From Eledone cirrhosa (lineage: Eukaryota): DNA of 64,000 nucleotides. The translations under genes and the position numbers were made by a program. The DNA is taken from positions 85,188,001-85,252,000 of the forward strand of contig OZ024744.1 of assembly GCA_964016885.1 (NCBI GenBank), in the 5' to 3' direction. The notes under the pieces are model-generated. The model made no database searches, had not been told where the DNA came from, and saw nothing but the letters and a program-made list of their open reading frames with translations. Shown here piece after piece: positions 12,297-25,638 of this stretch. Position 1 is the stretch's first letter. Each line of letters starts with the position of its first letter.

Positions 12297-12302
<6 letters not shown>
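12155..12302. repeat. Three tandem ggacacacctgtacaaggagattcat units plus one inverted copy
   Basis: Direct inspection; units are separated by TA runs. Confidence 0.85.
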
Positions 12303-12361
<59 letters not shown>

Positions 12362-12386
12362 GTCCAGCCTGTTCATCAGATAAAGT

Positions 12387-12466
12387 AATTATTTTATATG
12401 ATGAACGGGCTGGACGTTCCTGTAAGAATAGTCTAGTTTCTTGAAACCTTCGGTAATGGAATAATT
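12387..12466 (+). ncRNA. Hammerhead motif (first core C mutated to A) with an inverted partial copy
   Basis: aattattttat-ATGATGA-acgggctggac..gtctagtttctt-GAAA-ccttcgg-TA-atggaataatt. The inverted partial copy at 12359-12385 retains CTGATGA. Confidence 0.55.
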
Positions 12467-12849
12467 ATATTGTTATATTGTTTTGTTTATTACGTAATTA
12501 AATAGCTCTGTACAATACATAGAGCACTCTTCTTTCCTTTAGCTTTTCTACGGAAATACTAAACACACACACACATAATATATATTTATATATATGTATA
12601 TATATATATAATATATATATAATATATATATATAAAATTGAGATGAGCGGAACAAGTAAACATTAAACAATCTTTTAAATAAATTAAAATGCGATTTAAA
12701 TATTTATCCACCCAAAATGCTTTTTACCGACGTTTTCGATCTCAATTTTATAGTTCTGCTATCTCAAATTATTACCATTGAACAACAAATGTATTATAGA
12801 CACACTATACATTTCCGTGGGTACTTAGTACCTGTGGGGATATTAATCT

Positions 12850-12956
<107 letters not shown>

Positions 12957-12959
12957 ATA

Positions 12960-13322
12960 ATAATAAATGTTAAAACTAACATCCGAAGAGGGCTCGATAA
13001 GGATAATATATGTAATAAAATATATAAAAACCGTAGAGCAAATATTTATTAAATAACAGATTAAAGTTTAAGCAAAGAATCGCTGCTTTCACTCTTAACG
13101 GGATATTCTGAAACTAAGAAAAATCAATCTTTGGACGCAGAAGTAAATATTTCGAAAAACGTTGTAACCGAAGGAAAACAGGAACACGATACTTTGATTC
13201 GTGAAGACGTTCCCTGGCAATGAACGGGGGAAAGCGAGGATAATTACGCCGTTATGTAGAGCGATGAGAACAATGAAAGCAGCGATTCTTTGTTTAAACT
13301 TTAATCTGTTATCTAATAAATA
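12960..13322. repeat. Unclassified dispersed repeat with terminal inverted segment
   Basis: Copies at 27288-27602 and 44670-44842. 13045-13091 is inverted at 13275-13322. Confidence 0.75.
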
Positions 13323-13400
13323 TATATATATATATATACATTTTTTTAGTAAAATGACAGGAGGCCGGACTGGTGAAATTCCTTCAAAGATTTATTTCAG

Positions 13401-13468
13401 CAAACACTATGTACATTTCAGTGGCCAGGTAACGTAAAATCCTGCTGACATCATCAGGTGTATATTGC
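13401..13468 (-). ncRNA. Type-I hammerhead motif
   Basis: Minus strand: acac-CTGATGA-tgtcagcagg..cctggccact-GAAA-t-gtac-a-TA-gtgt; palindromic GTAC loop III. Confidence 0.65.
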
Positions 13469-13529
13469 ATAATAGTTATATAATAAAGGAATGATGGTAA
13501 ACACAATCCAAGAGGCTACAAGGGGAGAA

Positions 13530-13599
<70 letters not shown>

Positions 13600-14584
13600 A
13601 TGTTTAAATGAGCTGATAATACACCCATATAAAGGCAAAGAACAATAATCTCAATGGGATTTTACTGCAAGATAAAGTAAAAAACAGAATTTAATCCAAT
13701 TGGAAAATTTCTAATTATAGCATTTAATTGATTTACAACCACTTCGTAAAGCTATATATATTCTATCCCTGTTAGAATCAACTCCCTAGAATCGATTAAA
13801 TACCAACAATTTATACCTTACGTGTCCGAAATATCCAGTGAAAGGGCGAATAAGGCCAACTATAGCATTCAAATATTGTTTGGGAAAACGTCAAAATTTA
13901 TGGAAGACTAAAGTGAGCATAAATCACATTCCATACATTCTTCCTCATACGGATTTGCTGAATAAATTATGGGCCTTATAAAGATGTAAGTATCATTTTT
14001 AGATTTTAATGTTTACAAGTATTTTGCCACAAATATAGTTTGGCTAGGATAAAAAAAAAGTTAAGGCATACGTCAAGAAAGTGGTAGTCCGACAAACAAG
14101 AGTCGGTAGAAAAGTTCATAGGCTGACTATAAAGGAGTGATGCTAGAACCGTGAAATCTATATGCATTAATTTCAACTTTACTTATTAATAACTATACAT
14201 TGTTTATTTCCAGGGACTTATGTTGAAAAATAAACCTCATTTGGTCATTCCATGAGAGTATCTTAGTCAGACTGTGAACTTTTTATCTAGCCCTCGTATG
14301 CTGAAATATGCAACTGTTATATTTTCTAGAAAGAACACTGGGAAGCAACTTTTTTTCAGTCGGAAAATTCTTCTTCTTCTTCTTCTTCTTCTTCTTCTTC
14401 TTCTTCTTCTTCTTCGTGAAAGAGTCATGGGAACTGAGTCCTCACCCACACCTTCCAGTGGGGCCTGTCAGATGCAACCGTCTCAAACCTTTTCAATTAA
14501 TGTTATATATATATATGTGTGTGGGTGTGTGTGTGTGTGGGTGTGTGGGTGTGCGAACTGTATACTATCAGACATAATATATAT

Positions 14585-14870
14585 GTTGCCGAAGAAGACG
14601 GTATGATCAAAACTATATATTATCAGTCAATATATCAATATAATTAACTCTCCGAAACGATCGTAAAACAACGAAATGAATATGTAAAATAACTTGCCTT
14701 TGTTATTATTATCATTGTTAAACTAATATCTAATATATCAGACTCTGTATCTAAAGGGTTGACTCAGCGAAACACGGAACCTTTCACTGGATCTTACTGA
14801 ATTACTTGCAAACGGATTACATTGAGTTCTAACTACGGTATAGACCCTACCACGAAAGATAGATCAAATT
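14585..14870 (+). mobile_element. Diverged PLE pseudo-LTR remnant (degenerate long-helix-II HHR + conserved downstream motif)
   Basis: ccgaaga...GAAAC-gatc-GTA followed by gactctgta...ggattacattgagttc, as at 19077-19392 and 29624-29951. Confidence 0.5.
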
Positions 14871-15237
14871 GTATACTGATTATCGCGAAATAGGTACTCA
14901 CAGCGTTTGTATCAAAACTCCAACGTCTGAACAGCTAAACCCTTACTGCTGTCGACACAAGCACCATCTGACGTATAGCTGTAAGTGTTTTCTTTATTAT
15001 TATTATTATTACTATTATTATTTATTTACATGTGCAACTAAGAAATTTCAATGCGCTCTCGTGTTGTTTGACTAGTTTTTGAAGCATTTATTACAGGAGA
15101 ACGTGATGTGACCAGTTTCCGTTCTCCTAGAAGAATATCATTAGAACGAAGGTGAGGGAGAAAAAACGAAAATGCCAGCAGTTATGCGAGCAAAGAGGAG
15201 AGAGACTCTTGAAACCGACTTGAAGAAATATATATAT

Positions 15238-15400
15238 AAAAAGAAAAGAAAAGAAAAAGAAAAGAAAAAGAAAAGAAAAAGAAAAGAAAAAGAAAAGAAA
15301 AAGAAAAGAAAAAGAAAAGAAAAAGAAAAGAAAAAGAAAAGAAAAAGAAAAGAAGAAAAATGAAAGGAAAAAGATTGAATGAAAAGAAAAAAAAGAAGAA
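15238..15400. repeat. A/G low-complexity (AAAAG)n
   Basis: Direct inspection. Confidence 0.9.
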
Positions 15401-15671
15401 AATAGAAACTTTGCAGAAATGAAATTGCTACCGATTCATCACACTGACTTAAAGGTTTCTGGTTACAGTGTTAGGTTTCTAAAAAAAAGAGAAGAAAAAG
15501 CCGTCTATTACCCTCCGTCATAACTTACTTTCATCCTCTCGTTGTTAATTTTAGCTTCAAAAATCATCGCTTTGTAAATGAAGAAAAACCCTCCTCAAAA
15601 AGAAAAAAAAAAAAGAAAAAACAGAAGAAAAATAGAAGCAAAAAACACAAAGAAATAAATGTGAAGTAAAC

Positions 15672-15703
15672 ATAACAGCAACAGCAGCAGCAACAACAAC
15701 CGC

Positions 15704-15740
<37 letters not shown>

Positions 15741-15872
15741 GAAACAGCAACAACAAGAACAACCGCAACAACAACAACAGCAATAGCAATAGCAACCGCA
15801 ACAACAACAACAGCAACAGCAACAGCAACAACAACAACAACAACAACAACAACACAAACAACAACAACAACA
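15672..15872. repeat. (CAA/CAG)n microsatellite
   Basis: Direct inspection. Confidence 0.9.
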
Positions 15873-15954
15873 CATAAATAATTTAAAAGGAAATAAATAC
15901 AGATAGAATTGGTGAAAATGACGGAAGATAGCTTAGCAACACCCTTCTGTCATC

Positions 15955-17058
15955 TCCACCACCACTACCACAACTGTTACCACCACTACCACCTCCACTA
16001 CTCCCAACACCACCAACACCACTACCACCACTACCACCTCCCTTACAACCGCTATCACCACTATCACCACCACCACTATCACCACCACCACCACCACCAC
16101 CAACACCAACACCACCAACATCACTACCACCACTACCACCACTACTACCTCCACTACAACCGCTATCACCACTATCACCACCACCACTATCACCACCACC
16201 ACCACCACCACTACCAACACCAACACCACCAACATCACTACCACCACTACCACCTCCACTACAACCGCTATCACCACTATCATCACCACCACTATCACCA
16301 CCACCACCACCACCAACACCACTACCACCACTACTACCTCCACTACAACCGCTATCACCACTATCACCACCACCACTATCACCACCACCACCACCACCAA
16401 CACCAACACCACCAACACCACTACCACCACTACCACCTCCACTACAACCGCTATCACCACTATCACCACCACCACCACCACCACCACCACCACTACCAAC
16501 ACCAACATCACCAACACCACTACCACCTCCACTACAACCGCTATCACCACTATCATCACCACGACTATCACCACCACCACCACCACCACCACCACTACCA
16601 CCACTACCACCTCCACTACAACCGCTATCACCACTATCATCACCACGACTATCACCACCACCACCACCACCACCACCACTACCACCACTACCACCTCCAC
16701 TACAACCGCTATCACCACTATCACCACCACCACTATCACCACCACCACCACCAACACCCCCACCACCACTACAACCAACACCATGACCAACACCAACACC
16801 ACCACTACCACTACCACCAAGACCACCGCCACCATCCACCACCAACACCTCCAACAACACCAACACCACCACTACCATACCACCACCACTACCACTACTA
16901 CCACTACCACCACCACTACCACCATAACCACCACCAACCACACCACCAACAACACCACCAACACCACCATGAACACCACTACCAACACCCCACCAACACC
17001 AACGCCGCCACTACCACGAACACCACCACCATAACCAACACCATTACTTCCACCATCA
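15955..17058. repeat. (CCA)-based minisatellite with higher-order unit acctccactacaaccgctatcaccactatc
   Basis: Unit recurs about 9 times between 16035 and 16740. Confidence 0.9.
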
Positions 17059-17182
17059 CACGAAATACGGAACGAGTAAACAAAAAAATGTTGTTGCTGT
17101 TGTTATTACTGCTGTTGTTGCCATTGTTGTTGTCGTTGTTGTTGCTGTTATTGTCGTCGTCGTTGTTGTTGTTGTTGTTGTT

Positions 17183-17375
17183 GTGGATTGGCAGTATCGG
17201 TAGAGGGTCGGACGCCATGCTTTGACGTATAGAGTTACGGCCCTTGCCTTTCTGATCAAATCCCGCCGAGGTCAACCTTGCCTTTCATCCTTACGGGGGG
17301 GGGGGTCGATAAAATAAAGTACCAGTAATGCACTGGGGTAATTGCTGGCCTTGTGCCAATACCTAGAAACAATTA
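17183..17375 (+). mobile_element. tRNA-derived SINE (octopus OK/Meta-domain-like family)
   Basis: A-box-like tggcagtatcggtag, degenerate B box, core gaggtcaaccttgcctttcatcct..ggggtcgataaaataaagtaccag, 3' ggccttgtgcc..agaaac. Many copies in the window. Confidence 0.8.
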
Positions 17376-17382
17376 TCGTTAC

Positions 17383-17768
17383 TATTGTTGTTGTAGTAGT
17401 AGATGTCATTATCGCTGTTGCTGTTGTTGTTGTTGTTATTGTTGTTGTAGTTCCTGTCGTCGTCGCTGTTGTTATTGTTGTTGTTTTTGTTGTTGTTATT
17501 GTTGTTGTTGTTGTTGTTGTTATTGTTGTTGTAGTTCTTGTCGTCGTTGTTGTTGTTGTTATTGTTGTTGTTTTTGTTGTTGTTATTGTTTTTGTTGTTG
17601 TTATTGTTGTTGTAGTTCTTGTCGTCGTTGTTGTTATTGTTGTTGTTTTTGTTGTTGTTATTGTTGTTGTTGTTATTGTTGTTGTAGTTCTTGTCATCGT
17701 TGTTGTTGTTATTGTTGTTTTTGTTGTTGTTATTGTTGTTATTGTTGTTATTGTTGTTGTTATTGTTC
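17383..17768. repeat. (TTG)n-based array with recurring gtagttcttgtcgtc interruption
   Basis: Direct inspection. Confidence 0.9.
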
Positions 17769-18435
17769 TGTCTTTCTTTCGCCACCACAATAGATTCTTA
17801 GTAAATTCTTCAATCTAAAATTATGAATTACAGCAACTATTTTTATCTTATCCTTCTACTGCCGAATGGACACTCTGGCAGTTAAGTTTCACTGAAAAGG
17901 AGTAGTTATTTCTGAGATATATTCCACCTTTGGGAATTAACTATTTTTTCTTCTCCTTCCTGTTTGTCTAGTTTACTCGTACTTACATCATTAATATTTT
18001 TTTTTTAAATCATCCAATATATATCATCATATTTACTATGTATGTACATTTCTGTGGCTTACTTACTTTTGTTTTCTTACCTAATCAAATCAACCTCTCG
18101 CTCTCACTCTCCCACACATACACACTCATTCTTTATCTCTATGACCCCTCTCTCTCCCCTTCTCTCTAGTATTCTCTATATCTCTTCTCAGCCCCCCCCC
18201 CTCCTCACGCACTCATTCTTCCTCTCTATAACCCCCCACACACACACACACCTTCTCTCTGGCATTTTCTATATCTCCTCTCGCTCTCACCCCCCACATT
18301 CATTCTTTATACTTTATCTATATAATTCCCGTCTCTCTAGTATTCTGTATATCGCTTTTTACTTTCACCCCCACACTCATTCTTTATCTCTGTCTTTCTC
18401 TATAACTCCCCTCTCTAGAATATTCTCTATATCTT

Positions 18436-18471
<36 letters not shown>

Positions 18472-18770
18472 GCTATCTTTATCTCTATCTCTCTTCTTCT
18501 CTTTCTTTCTCTCTATAACTCTCCCTAATTGTAATCCTTCGTAACACTCATTTTTGTAAGGCTTCCTCGGTAATCTGCTAAAAGAAATCATTTACTCAGT
18601 CAATCAATGTATCTCTCTATATGTTTGTGTGTGCGTGCGTGCGTATGCGTGCGTGTGTGTGTGTGGGAAGTGTGTGCGCGCGCGTGTGTGTGTAAAAGTT
18701 AAACAGAAATAACAAAAATAACAAAACAAACGGCATGTATTAGTTTAATACTTGAAATAGCAGGAAGAGA

Positions 18771-18808
18771 GTCTTAACCTTTCGGACACTAGTCCTTCAT
18801 CGGAAGAT
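18771..18808 (-). ncRNA. Degenerate minimal hammerhead motif
   Basis: Minus strand: tctt-CCGATGA-aggac-tagt-gtcc-GAAA-gg-TT-aaga; core U changed to C. Confidence 0.35.
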
Positions 18809-18883
18809 AGAGTTAGAAATGAGATAAAAATTGGGGAGAAAAATAAAACACAGGTGCGTATTCGGTCGACCATCTTCGATACA

Positions 18884-18926
<43 letters not shown>

Positions 18927-18931
18927 ATGTA

Positions 18932-19019
<88 letters not shown>

Positions 19020-19250
19020 CATACATACATATATATATATGTATTTTTATGTATGTAGATAAATCTACCAAAATAAACGGTAGTGTCCAATCCGTATGAA
19101 GAACTCAATGTAATCCAAATATAGAAGATATCTTGAAAAGAGAAAATGCATTCAAGATTTAACGATAAAAATCATAGGTAAACAGAGTCAAGATAAATTA
19201 ATAAAAACAATGAGATAAAAACAAAGAACAGGTTTCTTATATTGAAAAAA

Positions 19251-19392
19251 TCATCATTTTACGATCGTTTCTGGGATATATATGTGTGTTGGTATGTATA
19301 TCATTTTAAAGATCTATGTAAAAAAAATATTACAAATTATCAGAGGAGATATACATACCTTCACCTATATATGCCATCTTCAGAAATGATGA
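19251..19392 (-). ncRNA. Hammerhead ribozyme with ~105-nt extended helix II
   Basis: Minus strand: tcatcattt-CTGAAGA-tggcatatataggtg...cacacatatatatccca-GAAA-c-gatc-g-TA-aaatgatga; perfect 9-bp helix I. Confidence 0.75.
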
Positions 19393-20170
19393 AGTATGTT
19401 TATTGAAAGAAACAAAGTATTAATACAAAAGGTCTGTTTGGGAACAGGTTTTGAATTGACCAATAGAAAAGAGTTAGAGATCAAGTTGATAGAAAAACAG
19501 TAGTAGAATTTTATGCTAGAAGTGGAGGAATGTAAATGTATGCTTTGAATGAAAAGAATACTATGGGGAAGGGAAAGATAGGGGTTAAAAAGAGGTCAAG
19601 TCAATGAGATAGTGAAGGATCCCCCCCCCCCCCCAAAAAAAATGTTGATGTTATTAAAGAGTGTTGTTAAAAGCGAAGGGAAAATATTTTTTGTGGGATG
19701 AGAGTGTTAGTGAGAAATACTACTGTTTAAATTTCAAGGAACCTAGATACGTAAAAGGAAATTAAATTAATTGATAGTTATACTCACAGAGTTAAAATTA
19801 TATTAATTCTTATGAATATGATAAATAAAGAAGTAAAAAAAAAATAATAATAAATAAATTTAAAAAAATATATATATAGAATGACTGAAATAGATAAAAT
19901 TTTATAAAAAGTAGAGTATCTATCTAAACATCCATAATATTAAAGATATTAATTATATTTACTAATCCTAGATATTAAATGTGATAGATAGGAGATGCGA
20001 TTAAAAGAAGTAGTGAGGTTAAAGATAACTTTAGGTAAAGTGAGCTTCAAGAGGGAAATAAAATTATGAAATTCTTTGTAGTAAATATCTAATTATAGAT
20101 TAACTAAATTTTTAAAAAAATGTTTAAATTAATTTTAATAATATGTAAAATATAAGAATGAGGTATATAT

Positions 20171-21303
20171 TAATTAAGTTTATAATATTTGAAGGTTTTT
20201 CTAATTCTATGATTGCATGATATAATTATCTCTTGTCGCTTATTTAATAGGATATCATTAGATTTCATGATTTCAAATAGTTCTTGGGTGCATAACCTAC
20301 ACTCATATCTGCTATTTTAGTAAGGGGTTGCTCTTTTGAGCACGCTCCAGGTCAGGTTGTAATCAATATCGTTCTTTCTATAATTATTAATTGCTTCAGC
20401 CAAGGAGGTTGTATTAGCTAATGCGGCATTTTAAAAACTATGTTTGTGGGCGTTAAATCTTACTTTAAATTGGTTAGGATTTAGTGGAGTCCTTAGTCCT
20501 AATTACACATTTATAGACTATGTTATTAATAAGACAATTTTCCTTTAATGGGCAATTTCTTTTGATTCTACAGTTACAGCCATTCGTAAATATTGTATCT
20601 GGAGAGTTAATTGTGTTATCTATAGTGGTATTAGTGTTATTATTTTCATTAATGTATGGTTTATAATGGGTTGTAATTAGATTAGTATGGTAAAACAGGT
20701 TGTTGGTGGGTGATAGTTTAGGGGATGTGGAACTAGTAGAGTTCTGTTTATTTTGGAGATTATTAGTCAAAATTGGTGTTGAGTTTACGGGACCTATTAT
20801 AGGTGAAGAAGAAGGTGGTTTGTTTTGGGTTTCTTTAGTATCATTATGGTTGGTTTGATGTGTTGGTGGTATATTTATGGGGTTTTTTACACTTATATGT
20901 GTTGTAAGTACTTATTTATATTCTGTAGTGGAGTAGGAAAATTTGACAGTAGATCTATTTAGAATTGATGGTATTTATGGTTTGGTGGGAAGTTTTTCTC
21001 TAGGATAGCAAAGACATTTTTAGGGATATGGTCTTTAATCTGTAGATTAAATGGAGCATTATACCAAGTAACCCGTCTATTACGGTTTCGACATTGTTTC
21101 TTATATTTATATGATGTATCAGGAGGTTTACTGAGAGAGTTACTATTAGTGATTTTATTATATATAGGTTTAGTTAGATTAATTGATGTTTTAGTCTGAT
21201 TACTAGGAATTTTGTTAGTTATGTTGTTGACATATGTAAGAGTATTAGGGTGAATGATTTTATGAAAGTCATTATCTGCTCCTAATTGTATACAGGTGTT
21301 CAT
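20171..21303 (-). pseudogene. Penelope linker + GIY-YIG endonuclease region (frameshifted)
   Basis: RNRRVTWYNAPFN..FPPNHKYH, CNCRIKRNCPLKENCLINNIVYKC, FKVRFNAHKHSF, TWSVLK..C..E...SCNHR. Confidence 0.85.
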
Positions 21304-21384
21304 ATTTTAATATAAATACATATAATTTTACGACTTCTTGTATATATAGTTGAGCTCTGTTTCCTGTCCATTATCCATGTTACA

Positions 21385-22769
21385 ATGGAAAAACAATACT
21401 TGGGAACATCTTTAAAGAATATACCGATACCTTCTAGGGATGAATTCTTACTTCTTATGATATAAAAAACCAACCAATTCATCAAAAGGGTCAGATGGAG
21501 GGCCTACCACTTTGATAGAAAAACGAAACGTAATGATAAGAAATACTTGTATGATTTCACCACATATAAGAACCCACCACATAACTCCTTGCTTGAAAAC
21601 TTCGAGAAAGACCTATTTGACTTGATCAAACACCTTCGATTTAAGAAATATAAATCTAATTTTCAAAAGGATCTCGATTCTACCCTATTGGAGCTAAAAA
21701 AAATCTAGTAAAGTCTACGTCCACTCTGACAAAACTGAAAATCTATGTCACATGGATATTGGTAATTATAAGGAATTTATTTATAAAGAACTCAGAAAAA
21801 AATATTAAAAAAACAAATAATGCGGCTCTTACCAATAACAACAATAAAACATACGACATAGTAAATAAACTCAATATTGAAGACAGAACTGAACCCTTGG
21901 CACTGAAAAAACCACATTTTAACCTGAAGGATCACAAATCTAATTTCAACTCAAATCCTTCTATAAGACTTATATGCCCGTCCAAATCAGATATTGGCAT
22001 CATAAGCAAAAATATTCTGGATAGAATTATCCCACAATTAAGAAAACACGTTAATTTACCACTCTGGGAAAACACATCCCAAGTAATTACTTGGTTTACT
22101 AATATTGAAAATAAATCCTCTGCTTCATTTCTACAATTCGATATTGATGCATATTATTCCTCTATATCACCCATACTCCTGAACACAGCTTTGATATTTG
22201 CCAGATATAGATCAGACTTAACTTTGGGTGACATCAATGTTATCATGCACGTTAGACAAACACTACTTGAATTTCAGAAGGAGTATTGGACCAGAAATAC
22301 ATATAGTAATCTCTTCGACATTACTATGGGCTCTAGTGATTCTGCCCAACATTAATCTTTTCCCCACCTTAAAGGTGGTTTATATCGTGATGACCGTCTT
22401 CTTCTATCCACTAATATTAGCCTATCAGAAATTGAAATAAATAAAAAACTTATTAGAACTTTCCTCAAAGACTATTATAATCTTACTATTACATTTGAAA
22501 ACACCAGTAAAATAGTCAATTTCCTAGATATAACTATGGACCTATCTACAGGTATCTACCAATCTTACCATAAACCTAGCCAAAACTTGCATTACATACA
22601 CTCACAATCTAATCACTCTAGATCTATCCTTAAAAACCTAGGATATAACATCTCACTCAGAATCTCTAACTTTTCATCAAATGATGATGTATTCGATAAA
22701 AACGCGCCCTTTTATAATGAAGCTTTAGCTAGAAGCGGCCATAAGAACAAATTAGTCTATATACCTTAA
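21385..22769 (+). pseudogene. Penelope N-terminus + reverse transcriptase (degenerate)
   Basis: SLKNIPIPS..FIKRVRWRAYHF, LKDHKSNF..RLICPSKS, FLQFDIDAYYSSI, FDITMGSSDSA, GGLYRDD, VNFLDITMDL, YIHSQSNH, YNEALARSG. Confidence 0.88.
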
Positions 22770-23065
22770 GTTGCTTAAGATTTGGTTGTTGTTGAATGTC
22801 AAACAACAACCAACCAAATCTTAATACCTCCCAAGCCACTTTTTTCACATAAAACAGGAAGAATTTCCATAACTGATCAGATTAGAGCAAACATCACGAG
22901 CGCTCTATCTCAAAATTATTTTTGAAAAGCATTAGAAATGCGCAACGGGTAAAAACTTAAAACTAAAACTGAATACTAACCAATACTTAATACTAATTTA
23001 TACTTATTCCTAATTAAACTATTTTTCACTGGGAAAAATTTGTCAGCATTTTCTTTTTCTCTTTA

Positions 23066-23126
<61 letters not shown>

Positions 23127-23278
23127 AAAATTAATTAAATTAAATTAAATTAAGGGAGTCATATCCGAGACATGCGCTATATCCACCGTAGAATTCTTCT
23201 TCTCTATGTTCTTATCCTTTCTTTATCTTCTTTTCTTTCTTTCTTATTTTCTTTTTTTCATTCTTTTTTTCTTTCCTC

Positions 23279-23313
<35 letters not shown>

Positions 23314-23481
23314 TCCTTCTTTCGTTCTTTCTTTCATTCTTTCTGCCCACGCACACAACATCTATGACCAACTGTAGCTACAACTCCTCCCACTCCCCTC
23401 CCCCATTTCGTCCTCTTCCTCCTCTTCTGTCAATTCTGGTTGTTCCTGTTGCTGCTGCTGCTGCTGCTGGTGCTGGTGCTG

Positions 23482-23542
<61 letters not shown>

Positions 23543-23590
23543 ACACACAGACTCACAGACACAGACACACAGACACACAGACACACACAA

Positions 23591-23680
<90 letters not shown>

Positions 23681-23696
23681 ACTGCAACTCGACTTC

Positions 23697-23975
23697 GAGT
23701 GATGCCATCGCTTGATACTTCAGCATGAGCATCACCGATGCGGCATTTTAGTTCTGCCAGGGACTTGCCTATGGCCAGCAATACCAAGCATTGCAAAAAT
23801 GGTCACATATCAACCGATGCCTCTGCTTAAAGCTTTTTTAATTGAGGAAAGGCTTTGCATGGGACCAATCCCATTCTCTGAACATCGAATATATTTGCCC
23901 CCAAATAACTGGTCTACTTCCTTGGCTGCAAAGTCGCAAGTTTTATATCAGAGTGACCTTTTCCTAGACAGATGT
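23697..23975 (-). mobile_element. Probable LINE (RTE-like) 5'-region remnant
   Basis: Related to 9625-9835; GC-richer island between TA tracts. Confidence 0.3.
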
Positions 23976-24266
23976 CTTAATATATAAATAGGAAAAATGA
24001 AATTTCATTTCTCATTCTTAGTACGGCTGATACTTAAATATAAGTATGTATAAGTACATACATATATGCATACAGACGTATAGTAGTATGTATATACATA
24101 CATACATGCACATATATATATATATATATATATATATGGAAAGTTATATTTAAATTGTTGGGTTACAACTAGTAAATATTTATAACTGATATAAAAGCAC
24201 TCAACAAGTATTTGGAGTATATTTACGATATTAAATAAATGGAAACTATATTTATAAAACCATATT

Positions 24267-24332
24267 TATTTCATTATATATATTTCAGGGATATCATATT
24301 AACAATATGTTATGCCTTCTTCAGACAAAATA
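24267..24332 (-). ncRNA. Minimal type-I hammerhead in PLE pLTR
   Basis: Minus strand: tattttgt-CTGAAGA-aggcata..tatccct-GAAA-t-atat-a-TA-atgaaata. Confidence 0.75.
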
Positions 24333-25638
24333 CAATATAGACAGTTTTATAAATAAATAAATAGATTGGACATACCGTTCAACATCGACTTGTATTAGAA
24401 AAGTTGATTTGGCAGTGAAAAATTGTAAACAGAAAGAAAGAAAGAAAGAAGGAAAGAAAGAAAGAAAACGAAGAAAAAGAAGAAATGCATGCAACTAAAT
24501 AGAGAGATGGAAAGATAGATAAAGAGAAGAACTTCATGTAAAGAAACAGAGAGAGATATATAGAGAGAGGAAATAGATAGAGATAGATATATATAGAGAA
24601 AAGTAGGTAGTTGAACATCCGTTGAATGACGTATCAATGATACATTTATTTATTTATTTATTTAGCTCTAGTATTAATGTAAGGGAGATATATGTGGTTA
24701 GGAGAGAAACCAGCCGTTATATATAGAGAAAAAATGAAAAGTAACCAGACATAGGCGAGGCAGAATTTAAAAACCCTATGTTTCAATGTAGAAATATTAG
24801 TTCGTATAAAAACCAGGCACTATAATGTAAATATCAGTATTCATGAATGAGACACGTATCTATAATGTGTGAAAAGTAATGATCTTATGTCTAGTTTTAA
24901 AAATTCATATGTTTATATGATAACTACAAACATCGATGTGAATTTACGTGATCAACTCTGCAAACTCCTATTTCACACGGAGAACATTCTCATTGTGCTA
25001 TAAAAATTTAAGTATACATATATGTGTATATATACACATATATATAGAGTCTATATTAATTTTAACAATACTATTCTTGTCTTTACTCTACATGATTATC
25101 TATCAAGCAGAAATAGAGAACAGATTTCAATATATTAATAAAAATATCAGAAACAAAAACAAAAAATAATAATAATAAATAAATAAAACAGAAAACTAAA
25201 AAATATTACATATTAAAAATAAAAATATTAAAAATATTAAAAAATATTAAAATAATAAAAATAAAAATAAAAACATAGTATGCCACGCAAATCGACCACA
25301 AAGATCAACCCTTCAAAATTAATTGACAATATATTGCCAAGTTCATTATAAGCATCAGAGTCGAAAACAGATAAAACTAAAAATTATTTACCAAATCACG
25401 TCTAGCAGAAATCATTTCAAAAGTTTAGGATACCCATTTGGTCTACATATGTTCTTATATTTAATATAGAAGTTTATCTAGTGTAACATTTATTCGATAT
25501 ATTTGGAGCATCAACTTTTAGGGTAGTTTAATTTTTCATGAAGAATGTTTAAAATAAAAATAAAAAGAAGAATAAAAAGAAGAAATTGAAAGATTTATCG
25601 GCTAGTTTCCCAAATAATTACAAATCAAACTAAATATA

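Larger units (their letters stand above)
19055..22770. mobile_element. Penelope-like element split into head-to-head halves (RT on +; EN, 3'UTR and pLTR on -)
   Basis: See component features at 19251-19392, 20171-21303 and 21385-22769. Confidence 0.8.

Noticed and set aside
15883-17225. Gly/Ser-rich or His-rich structural protein gene
   Set aside because: Trinucleotide satellite open in most frames, with no signal peptide or other support.
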